Positions 23,801-37,600 of a stretch of 64,000 nt of DNA are shown here, piece by piece (within the stretch, counting starts at the first letter, position 1; each line of letters starts with the position of its first letter). Below the pieces are notes generated by a model. It searched no databases. It had not been told where the DNA came from and saw only the letters and a list, made by a program, of their open reading frames with translations. Position numbers and translations under genes: made by a program. The DNA lies in the NCBI RefSeq assembly GCF_022539665.2, contig NC_081331.1, positions 12,338,001 through 12,402,000 of the forward strand, given 5' to 3'. This DNA is from Daphnia carinata (taxonomy: Eukaryota).

Positions 23801-26800
23801 GCCCTGTTTTATTTTATGTTTTATTTTTGCTTTGATTTATGAAGAGTGCGTGCTTACTTGCTATGCAAATGGAGAGAACTGCCGAGACGTGAAGATAGAG
23901 CTAGACGCGGGAGGGGTTGCTTAACCGACATGGGAATGTAGGGGAGGATGTTTTTGTTACGATGATATTTCAACCCTTCGTTGCTAAAGCGATAAGGAAA
24001 TAAAAGAGTTTGCATTTTTAATTCAAATTGTCGCTAAGGATTGAATTAACGATGGGAAAGCTATGGAGCTCGATGGACAGGTTTCAAATAAATCTACGTC
24101 ATAGCACCCGAGAGGAGGAGGAGGAGGATCGGGAACTGAAGCGTTGCTCGAATAAAATGATCAATGGGCATACTTTGATAAATTCTTTTTCCCCTTTTCA
24201 CTAGAGACCTTTTATATTCGCATCTACTTTTGTCTATTATTTATGTCGTGCGTTAGTTTTTAAATGTCTTAAGACTCAACAGCCTCCACCCCCCACTACT
24301 CCGAAATGAGCGTATGTTACGCAGCACTCGCTGATTTGTGTTTCATCGTTCCTTTTCTTTTTGTTCGCCTACGAAATAATAGGTGTCGCCTAGAATTCGT
24401 TTAATAACTCACCAGGCTCATTTTGGTTCTTCTTTTCTACTTTCTTTTTTTTTACCCGCTGTAAAAGCGTTTGTCTTTTTCGTATTTCGGAAACAAACAC
24501 AGCCAGCCCGAATAAAGTTTTTGTTATTGGAGTCCAATGAGTCAGTTACTATTGATAGTTTGCTGTCGTCTTGCGTTGGCTGCTTCGTTTTTTTTTTTTG
24601 TGTGTGTTTAAGTATAACGAATGGCAATTACAGAAATAGGCCTCGTCTCTCGTCGTGTTTTATTGTTTGACCCGAAGGCTTTCGTTCACGCCCCATGCGT
24701 CTCCACTCGCCGGGAACGAGAAGACAACCGCACGTTCGTGGGGGGGGGGGGGGGGGTTTCTTCGTTCACCCATGCGTGACAGTGGCCAAAGAGAACAAGC
24801 GGCTCGGTTATATAATACGGACGGGGTCAAAGTGCGTAGATGTTGGCCGTTAAGTTGTGTTGGTCTGCTTTCTTATGGAATCTCATGTAAGATGCAAGAC
24901 GCTAACTGGCAAACCTCTTTGGCTGCTAACTGGCGATGAGGAACATTTTTTTTGTTGGTGGGCATGCCGGACGAAAGAACGGGCGAGCCCTACGAATAGA
25001 GATTTATGGCCAGCAGCCGCTTGAATAACGGCCTTTATGTTCTTAGGATAGTCTATAGGCTTTTTGCATTTGGGTAATCACCCTTTTGAAAATGGACGGA
25101 TCCTTCTCTTTCTTTTTCCGTTTGCTTCGTGTGTGTGTGAAGGAGCAGCGAAAAACTACGCATATCAGCCGTCCATTTCTAGTTCTGTATGGGGTTGCTA
25201 TTCTGCGCTGACGGCGAAAAGATTTGACAAAACAAAACGCGAATAAAACGAGGTGGAGGCAACGAATGTTTTCAATGGTGCCATCCATATTAATGGCGTT
25301 GGCTCTCTCTTTCCCTATAATTACGTTCTATGTACGCATATACGTAAATCTACATTTCTTTTCTTTTTTTTTTCCTCCCATTGTTTTCGAATCCGCTTCG
25401 CCATTTATTTCTTCTGCATTTTCTTGGCCATTAGTTTTTATTTTTAGGAGGAAAAATGTTCAGTTAGTTCGCCATACTCTTTATCTTGTTATTGAAGCTT
25501 TTTGTTTTTGTTTGATTTTGTGTGACGAAAACACGTCATCTTTTGTTCTTGCAACCAGTTTTCGTCACCGAATTCTTTTCTGTCTATATTTGGAATAGCA
25601 TTCGAAAGGGGTTTCGCATCATTTATGTTTGGTGTGGTCCCAATATATTTATGACGGATGACGAAAAAAAAAAAAAAAGAGAATGCGCGCATTCCCAATT
25701 TGGGATGACGCACTGCATAAATTCCAGTTGAGCGACCAACATGTCATTTTTCCTGTTTGTTCATCCCTTGAGGTGCATCAGCAAGACTATTTTCTTTTTC
25801 TGTTTCCATAACGCTTAACATCTCCAAAATGTTGTCTGTCGAATATTCCCATACGAAGATGGATTGCCTATTTGCATCGAACGCAAATGGAGAAAGAGTC
25901 GGAACCCAATAAAAAAAAAAGGGGAGCTTATTCATTAATCATGACAGATATTTTGCAAACAATAAAAAAAAAGTAAAGTGTGCGAAAAGGCTGGAATTCA
26001 AATCACATCTTTCCAAAGATTGGGGATGAATCAATAATTTTCGATGGGTATCAAAATTGGAAAAGGCAGCGCTGGATATATGGGACGATACAATATATCA
26101 GCTTTTTTTCATTCAGACGTCGCCAATGCAATAGGCTTAAGCCTACAAAACATAGGCTAAATTAGCCCATAGAAAGGAAAGACGAAAAATCGTGATTGAA
26201 CGCGTTGCCATCGTTTTCCTTATTATAGCTGTCTACTATTGTGCGACTGGCGTGGGAAGAACGCGCTAGAAGCTACGACTTTTTCTCATTAACAACTCGC
26301 CTCTTTCGAAACGTTTTATTTTTCTTCCCCCCTATTTTTTTTTTCTCTTTTCACTTTGTTAATAGAAATGACGGCTGCCATGTCATCGCGTTAATTTTGC
26401 CATTTATTAAAACAAAAGCTTTGCGCAGCTGAAGAAATGAAAGAGTACTGGCAATAATTCGTGAGCAAGGATTATCATCAGTCGTTGACACGATAAGAAC
26501 AAATGATGAGGTCTGCCAGATATCTGAGATGGAGGTCGTGCGAAAGAGTAGCACCAAGTTTGTCGCAGCACGCAAGTCGTCTTTCGGGAGTTCTCCATTT
26601 AGGCGTGAGTTTTTCTTTGTGGGTCAATACAAAGTAAAAAACAAAAACAAAACAAGAACCTCGGTTGACCAATGTAAACGATACCTTGTCAATGACGTGA
26701 CGAATGGCTCGCAATGCCAACAGCACACGAGTAGAATATGTATAGAAGACCAGGCATGTTGCGAAATACCTCCCTTTTTAAGTAGTACGAACCGAGTTCT

Positions 26801-29800
26801 GTTTTAACTGTTTTGATTCGGTTCGGTTTGAGTTCTGCACCTCTTGGCCGCCGAAAATTTCTACGTCGACTCTTGAATTGGCTATATGACTGCATTTTTT
26901 TCCCTACTCGCTTATAACTTGTAATGACGTACACTTTGATTAGCCTTTCGCTCTAGAATCTAGACCCCAAACTTCTTGTCATCAGAGATTCTTTCCCTCT
27001 TTTTTTTCCCTCTCTATTTTCACATGACTTGATGGTACGCACGAATTCCTTTTTTTTCTTTTTCCTCAGTCCTCTCGTCTTATCTCTTTGCGCGGCGGTA
27101 GTGTTAAGATTCCCGTCCAGTCCCCATGGATTCAATATAGGCACCGTGCCAACCAGTCCGTCACGTGTCACGGATTCCCGCGAATAAACGAAAAGCCAAA
27201 AAAAGAGAGAGAGAGAGAGAAAAAAAAAGCGAACTAAAATGGAATGAAAAGAATGGATGGATATATAAAAGGAAAAAAAAAAAAAAAGGGAAGATGAATG
27301 TCTTTGTTGTTGTTGACGATTCTTATTTTGCGTTCCTCCGTCTATTTTGACTATACGACTGTACACCGGTAGTGTCTATTATACACGTATGGGGAGGGCA
27401 AAGAAAGGCTATGATGAAGTAGTAGAAAAAAAAAAAAGAAGAAGAGGGAACTTTTGAATATGTTAACATACACTAGCGGTGACGCACAGGGTATGAAAGA
27501 GTTGTATCCTGGTATTCTAAGTTGTACGTGTGCATTAGTGAAATTCGACCTGCTTTCCAACGGAATGAAACTGGAGCCCTTGACCATCAGCGTAAAAGTT
27601 GTTGTATATGGCCCTGACAACCAATTTTTTTTTTGTTTGCTCATGCAAAGAGGGCAGTTTGGCTGTACACCGTAGATTGACGAACAACAAGAAGACGTGA
27701 TTATAATCAGCCAATGATGCTCGGTTACGCACATCTTCTTTTTCAAAGAACGTAGTAGGCCTAAAGAAAAATGATCGTTGTAAGACGAGTAGATCTAGAT
27801 GAAGTTATATCGTTTCGAGCTACGTTTTTATTTTCGTGAGAAACTATTCATACTGGGAGATTGAATGCAAGATATTTTTATCATAAACCTCGTGATACGT
27901 AGGTCTAGAAGGAGTCCTATTGGATGGCCTTCGCGCTAAATGTTTTTCGCGTCTGCGTCGTAGTTTTGTTTCACGTTACCAGCGCATTTCGATCGTAGGT
28001 GAAACATCGTTCCTTTATTTTCCATGTGTGTAAATTTTCGATGAACATGTGACACCACGTGTGTTCTTATAACCAGGCGCACTTTTCCATCAAGCAGACA
28101 TTTATTACGTCATCCAAACAGATACTGTACGAGTAGCATACGAAAGCAAGCAATAAGAAATTCGGCAGTTTTGCAACTATCAGCCCCTCCAGAGAACGCG
28201 GAACAGCCGGCACAGTAAAGTAGCAACGGTGGCTCTGAATACGGATGTCGCCCTAATGTTTCTTGCTGTTTGTTTGGTCGCAACATACAGGCGGTGGCGG
28301 CAACATTTGGCCGACGTCCAAATCTTTTTCTCTCGACAACACAACAAAGGGAAATGACAGCGTCATGCTCCATTCTAGCCATAGCTTCTGGCGCCGTACA
28401 AATAAGCACAAAAAAAATAAAAGTGGCCGATTTTTACGCAGGACCCTCTATGCAGAACATCGTGGCAAGATGAACGAATCGCCTGTCACACGCCATCGCT
28501 AGAGTCCGGTTAAGCTAACTGGCACCGGAGGTAGCATAAAAATAATAACAATAAAACAAAAAAATTGGTATTCGAAAGACGTTACCATCAAGAGACTCTT
28601 AAATGTATCACGAATGATTCCACCAGTAGAAAAACAAAACAAAAACAAACGGAGACGTACGATAAAAAGAAAGGGAAGAATCAATCGCTTTGCCTTTATC
28701 AAGATTCACTTAATCGAGATGCTAATCTTGTGTTCATCTTAATTTTGGGCGTGTTTTTCTTTTAATAGCTACATCCGCGCAGGTGTTACAAGCATTTAAG
28801 GCAATATGCAAAGCGTTGGCGGACCCATCTACTTTTTTTCTTTTTTTTAACTTTGAATGCATAATATCCCGCAAAATAACATGTTTAGCATTACAATGTC
28901 TCTAGAACTGCAATAGCAGCGTTCGATTGATTTCACTCATTTCGAGTTTGACGAGTAAAAATCTAGAATAACTTCAAATGGCGTAGAGTTCTTTTCGTTT
29001 TTTTCCGCTTTCATGTTTTCTTTCAGAGTTTTGCATTTACATACGTACTGTATAATGTCGTTCAACTATTTCTGGGTGGCGGCTGTATATTCTTTCCAAG
29101 TTTTGGTGCGCTCGAATTTGCATAGTTCTGATATTCTGTCATCTCGGAATTCAAGCAGCAGAAATAACAAACGCGCAAACACAAAAGAAAGTACACGTCA
29201 ATTGCAACTATGGTTACCATATTGGCCTCGTTCTCGATGACATATAAAACATCATTGATCGTTATTTCAAGTTACATCTAATCGAAAATAAAAACATCGC
29301 CGAGTGATGATTTGTAGCCACAAAAAGAAAACTTCTATCGGTTTGACTTTGACTTCTTTTTTTTTTTTTATATATAAGGGCCAGCTGAAACTACTAGCCA
29401 AAATTGGACACTAGTCTGTTTGTTTGTTCATGTTTTCCGACCAGCAGCTATGAATATTATGGATTTTGTGGATCTTCATTTAACGTTTGGCAACATAAAA
29501 TTTGTTGAATGAGGCAAAGATGCTGTCGACAGTTGGGAGTCCAATAAACTACATATATTTCTAAATATATACCACTCTCTGACTAACAAGTCTTCATGAA
29601 AAATAGCGAGAAAAAAAAAAGGCGGCGACGTTCCAACTATTTTCCTTTCCGTCCTTCCACTACATCGTCTCGGTTCTTCGTCAACCTACGCATTCGGGGA
29701 CGCAAAAAAACCGAGATTTGGTGCAGTAACCGTAGTATCCGTCGCCACGATCTTAGAAAGCCTTGCCTTTGCTTGCTAGATGCCAATTATAGACATTTGG

Positions 29801-30309
29801 CGTAGGTATATCGATGCTGGAATTTCGGTCTGCTTCAGTGTCTCGGGTCCGTCTCTCCTTTTACTTATCAAGAGCGCAATCTTTGCGTAGTTGCTGCAAA
29901 GGGTGGGCTGATATCATTAAAAAACGTCGAATCGATCTGTGAATGATTCGCTGTGTGCACGAAAGTCAGAGGTTGTCGCCGGTCCTTTGCAACGAGCAAA
30001 GAGCAGCGGCAACTATCGACATCGGTAGAGGCATTCTTTTTGTTTGTTTTGTTTTTTGTTTTTTTTTTTCGAGGGGGATTGAATAGCTGGAGACGACGAG
30101 GCTTCAATACAGAAAGTAGAGGAGCGCAAGGCACCCAGATTCAACAACATGTTTTCGCTTTTATGGAGAGGACCGTAAAGTTACTGTCGTATAAGAGCAG
30201 CTATCTTTGGGATACGATCGTGGATATTTTTTGCCGTTTCGCAAGGCTTGTCGCAAAATGCTTAATCATTTGCATACGTTTGTCAGGTCAACAGAAGGAC
30301 ATATAACAG

Positions 30310-30345
<36 letters not shown>

Positions 30346-31697
30346 TTCGCTTTTATTTCGATTCCCACTCAACTTTTGTTATTCTGCAACCTTAATCTCG
30401 ATTTTTCGAGTAGCCAAAAAAATACCTTCAATAAAATCAAATAACTGGTCACAGTCCTTGTACCGACTGTTTTGCATGCCCTTGTGTGGCATTTTCCAAA
30501 CAATCGTTTGCTATTGAAATTGTTCTCGGGATTGTCCAGTCCAGCTATTTATCCAGACTGGGTATGCATGAATTTGTACGATGAGGAAAGCCATTAGTCA
30601 AATTGTCATCGGCAATCGGTGAAGAGGAAACTTTGTCTCATTTTTTGACAGCTGACATGAAAAAGAAAGGTCTCCCTATTGTCCAATATAACATGACCCT
30701 TCGATTGTCCAGCCTTGACATTTACAGTACTTCCTGTTCTTTTATTGCACTTGTTTTTCTTGCGTGTCGTGCCTATCACCTTGCCACTAGTGTTGACCTT
30801 GCAAGCCGATATTTCTTTTTTTTTTTTTTTTTTTTTTTTGATTCACGTATAATCAAATTATCGATTTGACCCAGGAAGAGAAAGATACCTCTGATGTACG
30901 GTTAGTAAAAAAGATGTTGCAATTGATCGGGTTCGTTCCATCCGATGGAATTTGAAACGGGGCTCATGTAATTGGTTCTATATTTTTCCTTTGCTACTTT
31001 CATGGTCGACCTCGTTTCACATGATAAATGGGTCGAAGAGAATGCGGTCCAACGAAGATATGTTCTTGTAGGGCACACGAAGAAAGGCAGAAAGATAGAG
31101 CCATTCCTTCACATTATAGTCGACAAGTTAACAACTCGCAAGGAAGTCGCAGTCCGGGTAGCTGCGTTTGGACTTTCTGTGTCTCGGATGACAGTTGAAC
31201 GGATCGATAGCCTAGCATAGCGTGTTTTGCGCGGCCATAAGTTCAAACATCCAACAGTCTTACGGAGCGGGGGTGAAATCCGAACTTTGAAAACTCTTCT
31301 TCTTTTTAAGAATAAAAGGTTGTCAGGAAAGTTCGCGTTTCCAGTTCGTATTTATCGTGAGATTTAGAACGACGTAGTTGGTTGACTGTTCCAGTCTTGC
31401 ACACGATCCCATTCGTAGAATCGATGCGCTTCAAAATTTCTTATGTTTTAAAGTCAGTTGTCCACATAATCGATTTGTTAATAGTTAACTAATGTTGTCT
31501 TCATTTGTTTCGTTGGAAATGATAGGTAAACAAGCGACTGGAGGACAGAGTCGAAATAGCTGACGATGTGAAATTTAAACCACCGTGGAATGGATAAAGA
31601 ACCGCCCGATCAGCTGATGAAAAATTGTGTTTGGAATCATCTGGTGACTGGATTATAGCTGACTGGACTGCCACCGCAGTGGATTCACAAGAGTCGG

Positions 31698-34600
31698 ATG
31701 CTGAAACGCCGTACTTTCTCGCTGGCAAGGATCGGCGTATGGCCGTCCAAGCATCATGAATCAAGTTCCACTCGTTTGTCGATTGGTGCTGCCATGAAAC
31801 ACTCACGAGGTGGAAGAAGCTCTCGTCTCTCGCTCATGTTGTTTGTTTTCATCGTTTTGAACTCGGCCTGGATCATGACTGCTGGAGCTGCTCCAGTCAC
31901 AGCCGCATCCAGCCACACTGGAAACGGTGCCGCTTCGCGCACTTCGCTAAGTCGATGTCCTGCCATCTTCAACCCAATGGTTGCAAATATAAATACCGCT
32001 AATGTTGGCAGCTCCGCTAAAAGTGGCCTCATTGGCCGATCGAAAACAACAGAATCATCGTCGTCGCCATCGTGCCGCTACTTCCTCAAAAAGCGTTTTG
32101 GAACGTTGACGACGCCGGGCTTTCCATCAGCATTTCCCGTGCCATTCATCTGCAGCTGGATTATCGACGCGACGGGCTTCGAGCCGGACTCGTTCATCAC
32201 TCTCTACCTGACACAGATGTACCTCACGCGCGGCGTCACAGCCGTCCAGTACTCGTTCCGCAACGAGACTGTCGCCGTCGGCCGCAAAGTCCTGGACGAG
32301 CTGCACACGCTCCGCCCGCGCCCTTACTCCGTCTACCGGATCAAAGCTCGATACCTCGAAGTTCTGGTGAACCTCCACGAGTTGGTCAACGCCAACCTGC
32401 GCGTCGAACGCCGGCTGATGGACGTCTACGGCTTCAACATCACCTACGAAATTCAGCCGAACGGCTCGCGCATCCGCTCCGACACTTGCAACGCCGTCAA
32501 TTGCACTTTCAACGGCCACTGCTACGCCAATCAGAACTACAGGTTGGTAACAAGAGTTACCAACTAATGTTCTAACCACTTTTATTTGTTGCGCAATTGC
32601 TTTACAAAATGTATACAATTCAGCCAAGGTTCTTGATTGAGGAAATAACCCATAACGAATTCAATGAATGTCGTTATCACTACGTGTTACGTTTATAGTT
32701 ATGTGTTCTTATTTTCTCTTTTTTTTTTGTTACAGCCAATTTCAATGTTCTTGCCTACCGGATTTCTCCGGCAAATACTGTCAACACGGCCCGGAATGTA
32801 ATCCTGAAAAGGGCATCAATGTGTGCAAAAACGAAGGCGTTTGCGGGTAAGAAACTGAAATAAAAAAAAACGAAAAATCGCACATGTCCTGGTTTCCAAA
32901 CTCTTTTTAATCGGCATTTGTTTTCATGTAGGTACCGTACCGGTTTGACGGTCGTTCGTTGCAGCTGCCCGCCAAATTACAATGGGAGCCTGTGCGAGTT
33001 CCGGCGCGAATTCATTCCCGCCAAAGGTATAATTTCTTTTGCGTTCATCGGCATCATTTAGAAACTTTGCTGTCGTGATGGACGGACATTTCCGATCCAA
33101 TTGGGCTGTTGGGTTGCGGTTTTCGCCGTTCAGTGAGAACACTTTTACCCTCTCACACGGCATGGTGTCTTGATTGGACTAGTGCTGTTCCCTTTCTCCA
33201 TCTGTCCGTCTATCGATCGAAGGAAGACGCCACCCTATCTTGCGGTTTGCAGACCAACACTTTTCCCATCACAACTCCGTAGAAGTGTGGCTGTCCTCAT
33301 TTGACCGAGATCACGTTCTTTGTTTGAATTGCGGTTAAGGCTGTCAACATATTCGATGCCCTACACTATAAATTCTATTCCAACTGCTGCACGGCCACAC
33401 ACTATTGCCGTATTTTTACGCAGTGTGGATGCCCATAGTTGACACGCACTGGAACGTCGTTGATGGGAGAAAAATGATGTGTACCACGCAAAGTGTCCTG
33501 TTTTGGAACATGGAGCTTGCACTGCTCGGCTGAACATGTGGTTTTATTGTTGTTTTCGATTTTTTTCCTATTTCGGGCTTTGATTGCAGAGTGCCTTTCC
33601 AAGTTCCGGTTGAATTGCAGCCACCATTGTGTTATAACGGACAAGGGTAAAGCCGCTTGCCGCTGCCCGCAACATCAGGCCTTGAGATCCGATAATTTGA
33701 CGTGCTACCCGTTGGGTAAGTCTCCTCCTACGATTTTATATCTCTCTTTTGCGCGGTTCTTTTAAGTACCTTTTTAACGACTGTGAATCGTCTTCTGTCT
33801 GTTATTTGCCTTGCGTTTTGATGCGCTTCCCTCCCTCCCCCGAGTTTTCGTGATGCCAAACTGACAATGAAGTAAGAGAATGGAAAACGATTGTACTCGT
33901 GAGAAGCGAAGGAAAGCAGACTAATTTCATCGCCTCCAATCTGCGGCCGCGAGGTCGTCACGTTTTGATACACGCACACAAACAGCGCATGGCATGTAGA
34001 GTTACTCTCCGAATCTGAACAACTTAATGTATAAGAAGTAGAAGAAATAGTCCATGGACAAGTATAACAGGATCATTAATTTTTTTCTTTCTTTTTTGTT
34101 TCTTGAACTGTACTTTTAGTTCAAGTTAGAAGCTTATCTAGACGAATGGGAAGGTTTTTTTTTTTTTTAGCTCTAATCAAACATTATCTGAAATTTTTGT
34201 TTCGATACGTCCGTACCTGTTTCAAAGCTCGTGTCATTTAACAGAAATGCTGATACATTAAAAGAACAAGGTGCTGAAAACTTGTTTTCTCCGTCGCTAC
34301 GCCCAGCAGCGATGCAAAACAAAGCAAGAAAGAACTTGTTCCGCTGATCGTTGCGGCGCCGCCAGGTTTAAGTCGACGCCAGTCGTGAAAAATAAAGATA
34401 TTAAACAACCGGTCGTACGTGAAATCGACATGCGGCGAAAGAAAGAGGGACTCGCTAAGAAAATAAAATTTGTTAGAAAAGCAGGAAAACCGACGTTGTT
34501 TTGAGTGACAGGTTGAAAAAGCGTTGGCGAAAATAAGCGCATTTCGAAGAGTGGGTTTATTCGAGGACTGGCACGTTCAGTCGTCCGCTATATCCGCCCG

Positions 34601-37600
34601 TAGAATAATGGAAATGTTTCATTGCTTTCGGACGGGGGTCAAAACTGTAATACTAATTTTCTTTTTTATTAACATTAAAACATTTGACATTTTCCGTGTT
34701 TCCCTCGTTCTTTCACCACTCTGCTCAAGAAAAAGCAGGAAAGAAAAACAATTTCATCGTATCCGCCATTGCGCGTAATTCAGGGTTAAGACTCAGTTCA
34801 ATGTTTCAAGTTTCTCGCCTATTTTTATTTTTATGCGTCCTGTCATTCGAGTAGCCCAGAAAATAGCAAAATGGCTGAGTGAAAAAGGACGAAGTCGAAG
34901 GATTAATCGACGTGTTTGCCTACAGCTCTAACGAATGATGTGTTTTGCCGTCGTTTTCTTTCTCGGAAATAGGGGCCGATTGAAAAAAAAAAACAGGGGC
35001 ATTCAGGTGGAATGGAACGCCACAGGATCCTGTTTTTCTCCTCGCTATTTGACACGATCATAACAAGGAGAAGGCTGGATGACGATTAGTTATTCCAGCC
35101 AAGTAAACAACGTCTTTATATTTTGGCTGTGATCGTTCTTCTTCCTCCCCCTATCCATTTATAATTATTGATGGCCTATTTCAACTCCCCTCATGCGGAG
35201 CACAGACTTATTCTATGTATTCATGCGCTGTCGGCGGACGACGTCGAACGTCCATCATGCCTTTTGCCCACGCTTGCTAAAGCTCCTTGTTGTTCAAAAT
35301 GTACCTCGCAGGAGATTCATTAATCATCCTTCCATTTGTAGAAAATGGAGATGTTAGGACGGTAGTCTGTCGATGTCGAACTCGTATTTTGATGTCCCTT
35401 TTTTTCCTGCGGATATTGTTCGCTTGCGAAGAGTAGAAGCTCTGTGCGCAGTTTCTATGACATCCGGTGATTCATTGGCACAAACACGTCATCATTCCTT
35501 GTTTTGAATTCTGAAACCTCCCGTCGTATCCGTTCGTAGTTGCAGCCAGTAATGATTGCATACAGTCTAGCTTGCATCAAAAGTAAAACCAAACGAGGAG
35601 TGTAAATGAGAAGGTCGACATCGTTTCATTGCTCTGTTTTTTAAAGGGCGCTTCCTAGAATCAAGAGCTCGGCCATGGCGATATATAGCATCTCGGACAT
35701 CCTCTTTTGCTTATTGCGATTGTTCGTTTTGAAAAAAAAGCTTCATTATTTTTCGTGTCCTTAAGTGTGAGAGAAAAATAGTCAGGCCGCATTCTGTGTC
35801 GTGCTGATACGTAGATAACAGCCAAGCGAATGATGATTCTTTTTATAGGATAGTTTAGCTTTTGATGCAGACCGTTTTCCGAGGAAAAGCTTGTTCTATG
35901 ATTTTCGAAACCGTTGAACAAGGGATGCAATCACATGCAAAGAATTGTCTATTCTTTTATTTGTTCAGAATTAGCATCGGGTTTAAAATAAACACATCTT
36001 CCTTCCTAGCCTATTATAGCCCGATTTTCTAAACAATTAGGGCTTTCGCGTGACTTTGGATATGATGCACATTTTCCTTGTTTCTGGGATTACGGCCGCA
36101 AATCCTATTGCGCTGCTAGATCATGGCGGTGTAAACAGTACACGCGCATTCAGTAAATGCCATCTAGGAATCTGCCTTTCTTTCCCTCATCCTGCGAACC
36201 GGTGTCAAGTTCCAGTCGCCGACCCCTTTCGTTTCTCCCACCTTGCCGTGCTCCCGCTCCACGTGCATAAACTCGGCGCCATTCCCAGACGTTCATTCTA
36301 TCCGCTAAAATGTCTAAGAAGAAAAGTGTGCTTACGAATTTTCATTATATTCTTTTGAAGTATAGAACCAGCAAGAACCGTGGTAGGAAACGTAGAAAGA
36401 AAGTGGTTTCATTAAAACTCGACCATGAGAGTGTCACGTCTCTATTACCATTTTCTATTCTTTGTGAAATCGTAAAAACGGGGAGTTTTTTTTTTATACA
36501 GTTTTAAATATTTAATGGATTTTTTTTACGATGACGGACGTGGCTGTATCCGATTTCCTTGTTTTAGAAGGCGGAAAGTCAAACTGGCATAATAATCATT
36601 AAAAAAATTATATTATTTTTGTCGTTCATAACCGTTCCTGGTTGGAGCTCTTACAATTGCTAATCAAGTTGTGAAAATAACTAAAATAGTTAAAAACATT
36701 TCCCGTGTTTCACACTCGTCACAACTTTCGAAAGTTTGTCAGATGTGGTAGTAATTTGTTGATTTCTTTACTTGTGCATTTAAATGCCTTATCTTTTATT
36801 TTTGCATTTGGTTAGAAAAATTATTGTTGTTTTCGTGCGTAAAGGGTTCTCCGTAGGTTGGGGAAGTGGTGGATCGAAAGACCGAAGCTCGTCCTTTTTT
36901 TGCATTTGTTTCCTAGAAATACAACGGCGCCGTGGTTTTTCTTTATCGGGATCAGGTTTCTATTTCCACAGTCCACATAATACACTCAACAAGGAAAATA
37001 ACAAAGCATATGATATTCGGCTTCTTTGCACTTTTCGGCCTTTTGTTTAAATTGGCTGAAACTAAATGTAAGAATAAATAAAAATAACAACAACAAGAAA
37101 AATCTGTGGCAGGAGGGCGTGTTAGGACGTGGTTGGCTTCCGTGTTCCACGGTCACGCGAATATAATCTAGTTCATTGCAGGAAACTTGAATCGTTACAG
37201 CTTACTCAAATCACGACAACATTTGAGAAAATGCGACGGACATACTTCCTAGTCTTCATATCTCGTATAGTTGGGATGTCGTTAGCGATTGTGCCAAGAG
37301 GCCGTTGGCGACCGAGTGTAATTATCGAACATGCATATAGTCTTTCCGACGTCGTTTATGATGACGTCAAATGCGAGTCGAAGTGTAGGATTGACATTAG
37401 TAGACCATAGCTATAGCATTTATGGTGAAAGTAAAGTGATCCCAATTTTCGCAACCTTTGGGCTTCCATTTTGCTACATGGCACTCTGACAATGTTAGTG
37501 TCTGCGAGTTTAAGCGCAAGGCGAAAATCACTTCCAATTTATTTGTAATTTTTAGGAAAAGCAAAGAATCGTTATGACCTTATAGAATTATTTTTCTTCC

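Noticed and set aside
4500..31500. Numerous 60-140 aa ORFs on both strands
   Set aside because: Poly-Phe/Lys/Pro content comes from homopolymer runs; no domains or consistent splice frames; intronic
32072..32627. 167-aa alternate-frame ORF and 166-aa antisense ORF
   Set aside because: Shadow ORFs caused by GC3-rich CUB coding sequence
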